Positions 37,011-48,869 of a stretch of 54,674 nucleotides of DNA are shown in pieces. Where the stretch lies: NCBI GenBank assembly GCA_051294375.1, contig CM119263.1, forward strand, positions 25,331,430 through 25,386,103, read 5' to 3'. Both the position numbers and the translations under genes were made by a program. Position 1 is the stretch's first letter, and the number at the start of each line of letters is the position of its first letter. The DNA comes from Paraspadella gotoi (lineage: Eukaryota; Animalia; Chaetognatha). The notes below the pieces were generated by a model that was not told the DNA's origin, did not search any database, and saw only the letters and a program-made list of their open reading frames with translations.

Positions 37011-37316
37011 CTCACCGGATTCCATTTCCGACTCAAATTGTCGTCGACTCAATAAGCGACGAAATCCATTTTATTGTTATTGTGCTTCTCTCTCTCTCTN
37101 NNNNNNNNNNNNNNNNNNNNNNNNNNNNNNNNNNNNNNNNNNNNNNNNNNNNNNNNNNNNNNNNNNNNNNNNNNNNNNNNNNNNNNNNNNNNNNNNNNNN
37201 NNNNNNNNNNNNNNNNNNNNNNNNNNNNNNNNNNNNNNNNNNNNNNNNNNNNNNNNNNNNNNNNNNNNNNNNNNNNNNNNNNNNNNNNNNNNNNNNNNNN
37301 NNNNNNNNNNNNNNNN

Positions 37317-37351
<35 letters not shown>

Positions 37352-37681
37352 TTTTCCAAGTGATGATTGACTCCAGTTCGTTTTATGATCGCGATTTGAG
37401 GCTCAATCTTTTGTGACACGGATCACTTCATAGATTGGAAGGAATATGAAATGGAATTTTCCGGTAAAATGGCGGACATTTGAGGCACTATTTTCCTAAC
37501 GCGCTCCATTTCTGTTCCCTAACTTTTTTATATTTAACATCATTCTCTTTTTAAATTCCTAACCGAATCCTTAATCGTCATCTATAACTTTATCCTGGTC
37601 CCTAACCCTAATCACTAACTCTAATTCCTAATCTATATCCTATTACCAGTAACTATAGTTACCTGACCCTAAATCTCCTAA

Positions 37682-38777
37682 GGTCCGGGATCAACTCAAT
37701 TCAAATTAGATTAGGGAAAACCGAGTTGGATTCGAAAGGAGAGCTCTGAGGCTCCGAAAATGTATTCACTTACTAGTATTTCAAAGGCGGTATCGTTTTT
37801 TCGATTTTTTTTGTACTATATAAAAATAAAAAGACCTCTTTGAAGAGTTGCAGCCCAAACGGTAAGGGGTTTCTCATTAAATCTTGGGTGAATTAACCTT
37901 TAGGTCACCAACTCCTAAATCTTATGAAAAGATACTTTCAAATTGCTTCCTTATAAGATAAATTTGATTATTTTATTCGATTTTTGGGATTAAATTCCTT
38001 GATTTCTTTGAAACGAAAAAACATTTTCTCCTAAACGCGGATCATCAGAATCTCCCCCACCTTTTCCTTTCTTGCCAAATATTTTTTCTTTCAAGAAGTC
38101 AACGGGTTGAGCTGCAACCTTCTTCGTTAACTTCCATATCGTCAAAGTTAAATTTGTATTCATATTTTGGCAAGAGATTACGCACAACGATAATACAAGC
38201 ACAGGGATGTGATTGAAAATGAGTTTGGTTTCACGTCCGGATGTTTTAAAAAAATGGCTTACTGTTTTTAATTTTTTTTTATTCAGATTGATTTTTTTTT
38301 TTCAGAGATTCCCTCAAAAAATAGGCAACTATTTATGATGATAAACATTTACATAAAGTAAAAGTCAAATTAAAATAAATTCGATAAGTTTTTAACCGTA
38401 AAGACTCATTTAAAATAAAAATCTGTCTGGAAAATGTGTAGAGTAGTTTATTTTAGACTTATAAAGTGATACACTCCAAATATGTACTGTTACAAAAGAA
38501 GAATAAATATAAGAAGTAGAAATTGAGCTTACTGTAAAAAAAATCAGTTTTAAGTTAAAAAATTTGGTTGTAGAATTTAGCTACATTTAAAAATTATTTT
38601 CTCTGAAATCTAGTTTTACCGAAGAAAAAATTTTGTTAAAATTTTTATAACATTTTAGGTAGATTTTAAAAGTTTTCAGTTATTTTTTAATAGAAAAACC
38701 TTTTACAAGATGTGAGAAATGATTAAGATACATGTAAATTAAGATTTCTACAGTTTTAGATTGAGTGATCCCTGGCC
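37682..38777. mobile_element. Non-autonomous TIR DNA transposon, Kolobok-like (element 1, ~1.1 kb)
   Basis: Left TIR ggtccgggatcaactcaat; right TIR (rc) ggccagggatca-ctcaat. Flanked by CTAA (37678-37681) and TTAA (38778-38781). AT-rich, no recognisable transposase ORF. Confidence 0.7.
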
Positions 38778-38781
38778 TTAA

Positions 38782-40105
38782 GGCCTGGGAATCACTGGCC
38801 AAAAGTTATAATTAGGATTTTAAATAAAGCTTGTATTCGAAAAGTGGAGGTCCAGATTGTCGTGAAAATGTATTCACTTTACTTCTCTATCGATCCATTG
38901 CTGTTTTTCGAATTTTATAATACTATATAGAATAAAAGAAACCTTTCGGAAGAGCTTGCGGCCCCAAACGGCTAAGGCGGAATTTTTATGATTATACATA
39001 AATTTACTTGAGCGACAAGGTGTCCCAATTCTATTGAGATGGGATTTTTCAAATGTCACTTTCTTCATAAGAAAAAAAAAAGAATAAGAAAATTTTAGCA
39101 TTAATGTCGTAAATATCTGAAAACTAGTAAACATTTTCCAAATCCCTCTCATAGGAATTTCTCCCACCTTTCCATACTTATAAAAAATAATTTGTAGTTT
39201 ATTTTTATTTTCAAACGTTTTAGCTCCAACTCTTTTATGTTATTATTTTTATTTTTATAATTTTTTTCTGCTGATTTTTAACAGAAGCTGAAAGGTCGAG
39301 CAAAGAACTTTAAAATCGGATACGCTTTTCCAAAATCTATTTGTCATTTCTAGTTTAATGATGGCTTTACTGATCTTTTAAAGTTTTATCCAAAATTTTG
39401 TACAATTTTTTTTTAGTAAACAAATGGCTGTGGCTGGGGAAAGCAGTCACTAAAAACAAGAGGAGATGCGCAAGTTGTTTATTTATTTTTTTCTCAGTCT
39501 TCGGTCAGCTTGAATGCGCAGTTTGAACATGGGGAACAGAAACTAAATGTTCATTAAGCAGAGCAATGAGATGGTCCGTCTCGTGGAAGTCTGTAGCAGT
39601 CTATGGCACATTGAGGGGTTGTTTTCAAAGTGGACCCAACTCATATGCCCAGTGGAGAATGTCTTTGAATTTTTACAATTTTACAATTTTAATCATTCTT
39701 TTGTAATAAAATGATAATAGACATCCTGATATAAGCGTTTGCTCTCTCTCTACATAAACGTTTATGGTTTTCATCATTAATTCGATTCTATAACATAATA
39801 TTGGAATGAACTTGGTTTTAGTTGTTAGTATTTACACTGAGGCTAGGGCCCTGTGCTAATTGAAAAAAAAAAAATAAAAAATTGCGGTTTAAAAAGGACT
39901 TTACCGTGTGTGGATGAAATTTATAAGGTTACTGAAAAAAAATTGCCCGATTTTAGTTGCCTCTGAAAGGCCTGAACCTTAATCAAATTTAGAGGAAGTT
40001 TTTTTTTTGAAACGTGAAGGGGTAATTACACTTTTCTTTCGACATAATAACTAGACTGTGTACAAAACGCTTTCATGCCAATTTGTTTGAATGAGTCCCA
40101 CGGCC
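38782..40105. mobile_element. Non-autonomous TIR DNA transposon, Kolobok-like (element 2, ~1.3 kb)
   Basis: Left TIR ggcctgggaatcact; right TIR (rc) ggccgtgggactcatt. Flanked by TTAA and TTAG (40106-40109). The first ~450 bp are homologous to element 1 (shared gaaaatgtattcactt, tactatata.aataaaa, gaagag.t.gc..cccaaacgg, aaacattttc, cccaccttt). Confidence 0.7.
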
Positions 40106-40129
40106 TTAGCCCTAAACCAACCAACCTTA

Positions 40130-40403
40130 AGCTCCTGAACGCAATAGTGTTAAGCCTAGAGAAAATAATCCGAATTGAAATTCAGAGCCGGAAATCGGGG
40201 CTACCAGTTCTACCAACTTCACTACTGCACTTGTAATCGAGAAACCCCTCTAGCAGATNNNNNNNNNNNNNNNNNNNNNNNNNAACTCCTAACCAAATAT
40301 TTAAGCCTAAAAAATAACCGAATTGAAAATTCAAGCCGAAACGGGGCTACCATCTACCAACTTCACTACTGCACTTGTAATCGAGAAACCCCTCTATGCA
40401 GAT
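40130..40403 (+). other. ~125-bp sequence duplicated either side of a 25-N gap (40259-40283); likely gap-overfill artefact
   Basis: ttaagccta...ccgaattgaaa...ctaccaacttcactactgcacttgtaatcgagaaacccctcta occurs at 40150-40258 and 40301-40403, differing mostly by indels. Confidence 0.85.
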
Positions 40404-41442
40404 TACCATCTGCCAATTGGCCACGATGCCATCAACTCATGCCATCAACGCTACCCTTCGTACAAACGCCACAACGACGGCGCTACATTAAGCGCCGAAT
40501 TCGAGGCGTCGACGAATGTAAATGGCGAGAGCGAACCAAAAGTCGTTGACGCGTCATCAGCTAGTTGGTCGTTTTTTTGACGTCTCTCTCTCTCTTCTCT
40601 CTCTCTCTCTCTCTCTCTCNNNNNNNNNNNNNNNNNNNNNNNNNACTTTTCCTCCTCCTCCTCTCTCCCTGCCTCCTCCTGCCTCCTCCCCTCCTCCTCG
40701 TCCCCGCCGACCAAAGGTATCTCGCCTCTGTTGTGAGCTCTGCCTCGCTTTTTTTCGATTTTGGAGGTCGTTTTATGGGAAACGAACCCTTCTAGGGGGT
40801 CGAGTTGTTGTTTGCTGTCGGGGTCGGTGAGGGCTGTGGGTTTGTGTGGGGGCGATGAAGAGGCCTCGGCCATTTATTCGTGCTGGGGAAAGGGGCTAGC
40901 GTTGAAGGGGGAGCGTCGACGGAGGGGCGGGCTAGGGAAGTGCGGGTTGGAAGGGTGGGAGAGAAAATATGGATAAAGAGGGCAATGAGAAAAAAATATT
41001 CCAACATGGCGAAAATGAAAAATACACGGCGATAAAAATTTAAGGATAGGGGGAATGCGAGGAGAGAAAAACGCGATCCGGTCGTGCCTTCGCAAGGAGA
41101 AGAGGAGGAGAGAGAAGAAGAGGAAGAGAAAGAGAGAGAGAGCAGAGAGAGAGAGAGAGAGAAGAAGAGAGGAGGAAGAGAGAGAGAGAGAAAGAGAAGA
41201 AGAGATAGGATATTAAAAGTAGGCCCCATTAACCGATCCGAGGACGCCTTTCAAAAACGGAGACGAGATTTGGATGCCTCGGGAAGGAAGGGGAAGATGG
41301 AAAAGGGAAAAAATAAAATGAGGAGGAAAGGGAGGAGAGAAAGAAAGAAGCAAAGGAGGAGGGAGATGAGGAGAGGAAAGATAGATAAGGGGAATTAAAT
41401 AGAGAATGAAGGTATAATATGGAAAGCTGGATGGCAGATTGT

Positions 41443-41480
41443 GATGATGATGATGATGATGATGATGGTGATGATGATGG

Positions 41481-41521
<41 letters not shown>

Positions 41522-41526
41522 GTGAT
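41443..41526. repeat. (GAT)n microsatellite
   Basis: Explains the poly-His ORF 41213..41539. Confidence 0.97.
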
Positions 41527-42634
41527 TAATTATTCTCAAAGCAGGAAACCTGTTAGCCTACAAGTGCAACATTGATACATCAATTTTTTTCTGAGCTTAT
41601 TTAGTTCCTTGTTTATAAATATATGTAAGCTTGTTCGTTGATACCTTCGTATGTTCGTTTGATATTTAATTTATTCATTCCAATCAGATCCGCTCTCGCT
41701 CGTCACGGTTCTTAATAGATCAAAGAATAAGGAAACCTTTTTTTTTCTAGTTCTTTTTTCCCTTTAATATAAAAACGTCGCTCTGGGAGGCTGATTCTTT
41801 TTTAATACGCACGATTCTTGAAAGACATAAGAGCATCGGGAGGCGGAAACGAGAATAAAANNNNNNNNNNNNNNNNNNNNNNNNNNNNNNNNNNNNNNNN
41901 NNNNNNNNNNNNNNNNNNNNNNNNNNNNNNNNNNNNNNNNNNNNNNNNNNNNNNNNNNNNNNNNNNNNNNNNNNNNNNNNNNNNNNNNNNNNNNNNNNNN
42001 NNNNNNNNNNNNNNNNNNNNNNNNNNNNNNNNNNNNNNNNNNNNNNNGAGAGAGAGAGAGAGAGAGAGAGAGATAGTAGAGAAGGAAACAAAAGACAGAC
42101 GATAAGTGATAGATAATGAAAGGCGGAAGAGAATGGAGCATCGATGCTGATCTCAAAACGGAAGTCTTTTTTTTTTACGAAACGATGCAAAATTAACTTA
42201 TATCATTAATAGATATGTTTGAACTATGTTGCAATATCTTTCACGGTTCTGCTTTCATCAACGATTAAAGCGAAAGCGACTGATCGAATCGACAGGTTAA
42301 AAAAGAAAAAGCTAAAGACATGGGAAGGTGAAAGAAAAAAAAATAAAGAAAGGAAATGAAATAAAAAAAAGAAAAGAAAAAGCTTGGAGATCACAGCAAA
42401 AAAAAAGGACACGGAGACAGGGAAGGGGAAAAAAAAAGGAAAGGAGGAAAGAAAAGTAGAAAGGAGAAAAAAAGGAAAAAGAAAAAAAAGGAAAAAGGAA
42501 AGAAAAAGGTCTCGGTCCCTCGACGCATCGTCGCTTTAGGACTCGAAATTAGATTCGCCCTCATAAATGAGCATCAACCAAATCCCGTGGAAGGTAAGGA
42601 CGGACGGGGGTGAGGAATTAGGATTAGGTAGGGT

Positions 42635-42682
42635 ATCGGAGTATCGGGAGTATCGGGAGTATCGGGGCATCGAATATCGGAG
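42635..42682. repeat. 9-bp tandem repeat (GAGTATCGG)n
   Basis: About 5 degenerate copies. Confidence 0.8.
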
Positions 42683-43432
42683 AGGGAAGATTGAAATTAG
42701 GAGGACTTTTTAAGCATCCCAGATGGTGGAATAAACACTTATCATTTTTTCGTAAGTTTTTTATGAACGTTGCGAGGACCCCTGCGTAAAAATATGTTAT
42801 GGTATCAAAGTTATTATGTCCCGGAGTTCCTTGGCTAACTTCTGAAAAACATACACATGGCGGGAAAGGTAGTTCAAACTATTTCTCACAAAGAGCGATG
42901 CATTTCCTTCCCACGATACCGCATCATCGTTCATCGTCGTCCCGTTTCTAGGACACCGGACGCCTGTTGGTTGTTATGTTGTCGCGTATCGCCTCTCAAG
43001 GGCGACTCGGTTGACATGGCAACGCGGCGAGTTGATTTGATCGTTGGGGCGTAAAATTGGAGGAGCGAAAAAAAAAGGAGAGGGTAGGGAGGAAAGGAAA
43101 GGAAAAAACGAGACGGGGCCAAAAAAAAAGGTCGGTGATGGTTCTATCATTGATGGACCTTGAGTGACCATCGGGCGTGAATGGTAATGGGGTCGATGGT
43201 TGGAAGGAGGAAAGGAGGAAAGGAGGAAAGGAGGAAAGGAGGAAAGGAGGAATGGTAATGGGGTCGATATTTGGAAGGAGGAGAGCGGAAAAGTGAGGCA
43301 GTTGTTACGTAATGCTTGACCCTGTGAATAAGAGCAAAGGAGCTGAAGATTAGCAAATCAGCTTTAATAACTCTTGCAATGTTCCCTGTTTACCCTGGCG
43401 GGAAAGATTTGATGGTGGGAAAGACTAGACGC

Positions 43433-45072
43433 TTAACGTCCTTCGGGTTCGTTGGCCGTGGCATCCATTTTTGGCGATGAACCGTGGTCGGGACTGTCCT
43501 TGGTAATATTTCTCCCCCACGCTTTGATGCCCAGGCATTGGTGCCTAGCTGCTTGGCAGTGGCCGGCACACGTGAGGTAAACATTCGACAAGAAACACGT
43601 CGTTTTTCGGTAGGGTCTTTTGTCAAACGGCGTCGAAATTCTTGCCGGACCAACATTGACGGGAAACATGGCGTAACAAGATCTTCAAGGACACATAAAC
43701 AATAGACCAGTACTCATATGGGTTTCAATTTATTATGTATTTTATATTGATTTTCAATGTATTTATAAAAATAGGCCATGGGCAGATCATCTTTCATTAT
43801 TTCCCTTACCTCTTCCCGAAATGAGAAACGGTTTGAGTTTTGCCATCCTTGTGACGTCCCTGAACGAATTTTTTGATCGAACTCCAATGGTCAAAGTCGG
43901 AGCATAAGTCCGTTTTGAACGTTGATCATGTCGTCTGTGCCGCCAAGATTGAATATAGACGAACGGTGGGGCAGCATTTCGTTTTGCTCAATCGAAGAAC
44001 TCGAGTATTCTCATCGTTATCGCTTCGACTATCAACGTCGGATGTAGAATGAAAAGGATTTCGGCCTTCAAAAGCTTTGGCCGCCTTTTGGGAGCATTGT
44101 CAGAGGCAGATTTCTTTGAAGTGGTTCGGGCTTATCTGGAGACAAAAAGGAAGGCACGGATTTGGTTTGTGGATGTCGCTTCGCGCGGATAGATCTTCTG
44201 CTTGCGTGATCTTCGTTGGGAAACTCGAGCTGCATGGAAAGAGAGTTGGACGTGCTACGGTGTGCTTCGTTTGGACCGCCTCGACCGGTCAGTCCGGCGG
44301 GGCGCGGGCGAGATCGGTTTGGCGTACTGCTCGGTCGAACGTTTTTGAAAAGGACCACAGCGTCGGGTCGGAGGACTCGGCTTTGGAGGCGCGAAGATCG
44401 TTCGGAGGAAACGATTGGCTGGAAAAAAAGGGATAATGTAAAGTGCGACTATTATTGTGCGGTCATAATTTGGACATTACGCGTCGAAGTTCCAAATCGA
44501 ACCTTGGCCTCAAACTCTACGCCAGGGGCAGATCGATGTCAGCCGCGGCCTCAGAAGAAAAAAGCAGCGGCTTCGGCTTCGGGGTCGGCGAAAAATCAAC
44601 GACGAGACCTCCGCGCTTTCGGACGAAGGATTCTAGTTCTTCGGAGATCGGCGGTGTTTTGGCGGGCGTCCAGTCTTTTTGCCGGAGCCAAGCGACGATT
44701 TCGTTGAAGTGCGAACCGCCGGTATTAGGTCAGGCGTAGGGTTCTGGGCCATTCTTGAAAAATTTTGGATTCGTCGGGTAGCGCGCTGACTTGAAACCTT
44801 CTCTCGCTAGGGAAGACTCAATGGGTGGCGTCCATCGAATAAGTTAAAATTAAATTATGTGATTAATTTATTAAACAATACTAAAACTAAAATTGTAAAC
44901 AAACCAATACGTACTTGCGCATTCTAGCAAATACTTTTGCAATGTTTAAACATCTGACCTGCACTCTTTTAAACTGGAGTGGCGCGGGCGCTATAGCGTA
45001 TTCGGGGGAGGGCAGCGGCTTTGGGGCAATGGTCCACAGCCAAGGAGCATAATAATTCGGGACATAAATCAA
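43433..45072 (-). pseudogene. Decayed three-exon gene, unknown product (exons ~45072-44915, ~44835-43810, 43682-43433)
   Basis: Donors GTACGT at 44914 and GTAAGG at 43809. Intron 43809-43683 joins in frame (...SHFGKR|SCYAMFPVNVG...). The middle exon has only 6 stops (5 TGA, 1 TAG) in ~343 codons by manual translation and includes protein-like FNEIVAWLRQKDWTPAKTPPISEELESFVRKRGG. Confidence 0.5.
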
Positions 45073-45449
45073 ACAAAAAAAATGGTTTGTGTATCATGAG
45101 TATAGGACCAACGCGTTTAATTTGAGAACAGTACGAAAATTAAAAGGAGCTTTTTAGAATTACTAGAATGTATTTGACTTATGGTTGAGGACGTCATCAA
45201 AGTTGGCGTGGTGATAAAACTAAACCACGCCCTTCCTCTTCGGCGATGTCGTCATGAGCGAGCGGCAGAGGAGAGGAGAAAGTAAAATCACAAGCAGGCG
45301 AATTCCTGTTTTAAAATCCTCGAATCGCGGTGATGGATGTACTAGTTTCAGTTCAAAAAATCGATCAATGAAAAACTTGGTTATAGAAATAAATTATGCA
45401 TATGAAGGAAATAAAAGCTTAAATTATAAATCTGTATTTTCTTAAGATG

Positions 45450-47934
45450 CATAACTTCTAGCTCAGTCTTGCAGGAACAAAAAAACCCGAAGGGTTCGAA
45501 GAGAAGAGTTTGGGGAACGTCCTCTGTTTGGCGAGGCTGTGTCGGACTGTCATCGGATTCTTAACGCTGCCATCTAGGAGATCTACTCAAAAGCGGAAAG
45601 GGATAACTCAATGCGTATACGAGCATCTTGAGGAGCCGAATTTTGGTTAATGAGGAGGAGTCCAGAAGTGATTTTGTCTGCGGAGTTCGAACCTCTTCCT
45701 CGGGGGACCTTAAGTACGTGCGCGAGCATGCTGGGGAGGCGCTCGGCTAGAGACGGGCTTTTTTGAATGTTTAGAAGCGGTCAGAGGTTGGAGGGCGGGT
45801 GTTTGGTTCATCGCAGCAATTACCGCTGTAAGCGAGTTTCGACGGACGAAGCTTGCTCCGCTTTCCATGGATTTTGCATCATCGTGTCCACTTCAGCGAC
45901 GCGCCCGTAAGCCTCCGCATCTTTCCTCATGCGTTTCTCGGCTCGCCTGCTTCGGAAGGCGTTCTAATACTGTCCACTGACGTTTTGGTTGCTTCGATGT
46001 AGACTTTTCGCCGGGGTGATGGACGTGCAAGCGGTACCCGGTCGAGACGGCGGTGGGATTTCAATAGTCAGCGCCTGATGGCGGATTTTAGTTTCGTCAG
46101 GCGAAGGCGGAAGTCAACGTCGCTCGGTGAAAGGCGGAAGATGACAAGATCATCGGAAATGGATTTGGGATAGCTTGCAGAGAAGCGGGGAACTCCGCGT
46201 AGGTGGACGGAGAGGAGGCAAAGAACGCCGTCCAGTTTTAGATGTACTGTCCATTAATCGAGGCTTGACAGGAGTGCGGCGGATGCTTGCTTTGTAAGTG
46301 GCCGACGCCATCCGGACCGCACGGCCACCTAGAGCCATGACTGACCCCGGTCTGCTATTTAGCAGGAACAGCGGCGTTCGGGCTCGGATGGAGTCTCTGG
46401 GCGCGATAAACAGGCTGTCGGCCAATTGGCATCCGACCGCAACAGGCCGCGTTGCTTCGGGGGTTCAGAAAATGGAGAGCGTCGGTTTGAATTGATCCGT
46501 TTTCGGCGTCTGGACGTGACGCGATTGGGTTGGGCTTCTCGTTGTGTCATGCTGCGTGCGCTTTGCGACCCGCGCCGTGCTGGCGACCTGGCTCATCCAT
46601 GTGGTCAACACCCTTCTTTGGGGGTGGAGGGACGTTATGACGCGTTTGAGGTTTTGCTCGAGCGCCCGATAGGTCTTTCTGTGGCGGCCGCGTTTTTTCT
46701 GATTGACTGCCCGTAAGATTTTTTTTCCCCCCGATTGCACCGGATGGTTCGCGTCCGGGAACGGCCAGTTCGATCTCATGTCTTCGGTCGGTGGAATGCG
46801 CGTAGGGGTTGTTCGGCCAACTTTCGACCACAGGAGAATTTAGCCTCGTCGTTCTCGGAAGGCGCACTGGCAAGTTCTCCGGGTCAACGTCTGGCCGTCG
46901 TGTCGAGTGGCCAGCTGGCGTTAGATCGCCACGATATCGCCGCGAAGCAGCGAAGGGAAGATCGGGAGCTTCATCGTCCAACATCTTTATCCCGGACGGT
47001 TTCTTCTTGAAGGGAAGTGGCGGAGACGGCGCGCGGTGTGGTTACAGATCCATCGTCGGCCGGGTCGAAATACTATGATGGCGTGTTGTGTCGAAGAGGA
47101 GGGGTGAGGGTCGGCTCGGGAATGGTCAGGGAAGGTCGCGCACGTAGGAGAAACGGCCAAAATGATACTCGCATTTTCTACGTTGTATGCAGAGTGCGGC
47201 AAATGCCCAGATGGAACTTCAATGACGGAGAAGGTATTCGCGGCGAACAGCCTCAAAGGCGTGTTCTGTCGGCGAAGTGAAGAAGAGAAAGAAGTTTTAT
47301 TATGTCTCGTATTGACGGATGACGGGCCGGGCGGAAGACGGACGACGTGATGATGCTTATACGATCACGCTGTCGGGGATGAGCGGGAAAAGACGGCGTT
47401 CTAGGATAAAATATTTTCTTGCTCGAAAACTGTGGGAGCAAGATTGTCGGGACGAAAGGTCTGAAATCGCTGACGGATTTCCGGGGCATTCGCCTTAGAA
47501 ATGTAGCGAATTTGTCGTGCCATGTTGGGCACGTGGGCGGGAGTTTTCGGGAGGCCGAGAGATGGCCATGTTCCAGTGCGTCCGTTTTGCATTTCGCCTT
47601 TGAGCTGGGAGGTTTTCTGTAGCTTCGTTCGAGCTGGCCGGAGATGAATATTCTCATTCGGAGGATCTCGGCCGGTGCCGAGGCTAAACTTGAATGAAAA
47701 AAAAGGTCTTAAATAATCCTATCAGGCAAATGTAAAAGTAAATTAGGCGGGCGCGAGAAACACTTACGTCGGACTTCGTTCCCAGCCGTAGGGCCTTTGA
47801 TTTGTGGTAATGTCGCCAATTGCGTATTGCGATCTAAATATATTGGCGAATGTTTGCCTATTACAATCTGGAACGGGGCGGCGGACGAAATGACGATCTT
47901 CTTCAAAAGATTTTTCGATCGCAAAGAAATTTTT
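45450..47934 (-). pseudogene. Decayed spliced gene for a Ser/Pro/Arg/Thr-rich protein (exons 47934-47768 and 47683-~45450)
   Basis: CAG acceptor at 47935. An 84-nt GTAAGT...TTTAG intron (47767-47684) joins in frame (KNFFAIEK...WERSPT|LGTGRDPPNEN...MQNG). Four track ORFs (47592, 47256, 46779, 46425) share one frame, separated by isolated stops. Confidence 0.5.
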
Positions 47935-48869
47935 CTGGATATAGTTTAGGAGATATAAATTTATATTATATTAAATCAACTTTTCTATAACAAAAGCGCC
48001 CCAGTTTTTTTGCAGCGGAACGGATTGTATGTTGGGGCCGCCCTTGGAGAAACCGCCAGGAACGGTGGGCGTTGACGGAACGGCTGACGTCGTTCGGGTG
48101 GCGGTGAGAGGCGCACAGAAAGTCAAATCCGGTCCTCGTCGTCTTCGTCCAAGCTCTAATCAGGTACTTGTCGACGCATTCTTCTGTTATCTTCTTAGAG
48201 ATATATTAGATGCAGCTACCGTTGGCGTCACGCGTCCCAGGCACGATCCGTTCATTTTGAGAGCGGTCGTCTTTTTGGACGCAGTCGCCCCCGGCCCACG
48301 AGATGGCAACATCGATCTCTTTCGTCCCGAGACGTTTTCTGGTCGTCCAAATCGAAGCAACGCGTTAAACTTTGATCGCGAAGTATTGGCAGGACGATCA
48401 AACGTGTCATACGGGAAATTCCAAATTAAAACTCAGAAGCGTTTTAAATGTATCGGAAAGCCTGAGAGAAAAAGAATGCGTATACAGTCTTTATGGCGGA
48501 GCGTTTGATTTACAAAGACGGTTATCTGCCCAAAAAAGGGCAAAAAGGTCACCAGATACAAAGTAACAATTATTTTTTGAATCTAAATAAATTTTGTGAT
48601 AATGTACTCTATTCCATTTAGTATCAAGGACGTAATAAACTTCAGACAAAGTCACGCGCAAGACTAGATTAGTCGATGTTTTGCATAGTCCGAGATTAAA
48701 AGAGGGAATGTTCTATACTCACCGTTATTTGATGGCACTCGCAAAATAAAGGAAATAAATAAGCCAGCTCGCTATGAACAGTAACTGGAGAAATTATTTT
48801 TAAATCCTCAAAAGAACATGTATAAGGATTAGCCGAATCAAGTTGATTAAAAACCGCGAAGATACTGAA

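Larger units (their letters stand above)
37463..40358. mobile_element. Possible older MITE-like element with a CCTAA-rich interior, interrupted by the TIR dimer
   Basis: Degenerate (CCCTAA/CCTAAC)n lies on both sides of the insertion (37495-37681 and 40110-40310). Weak inverted termini ggtaaaatggcgg versus rc ggtagatggtagc; flanks aattttcc and aacttcac match 5/8. Confidence 0.3.

Noticed and set aside
37985-38055. Hammerhead-like core on the minus strand (CTGATGA tcc..gga GAAA)
   Set aside because: Stems are only 3-4 bp, the stem II closing pair is non-canonical, the cleavage triplet is UUU, and the motif is not conserved in the homologous part of element 2.
42313-42333. miR-71-like string (AAAGACATGGG)
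   Set aside because: The seed is incomplete and there is no hairpin partner in the purine-rich context.
45627-45705. tRNA-like sequence (7-bp acceptor-like pairing, GTTCGAAC T-loop)
   Set aside because: The D-stem and anticodon stem do not pair, and it lies within the decayed coding block; tRNAscan-SE would settle it.
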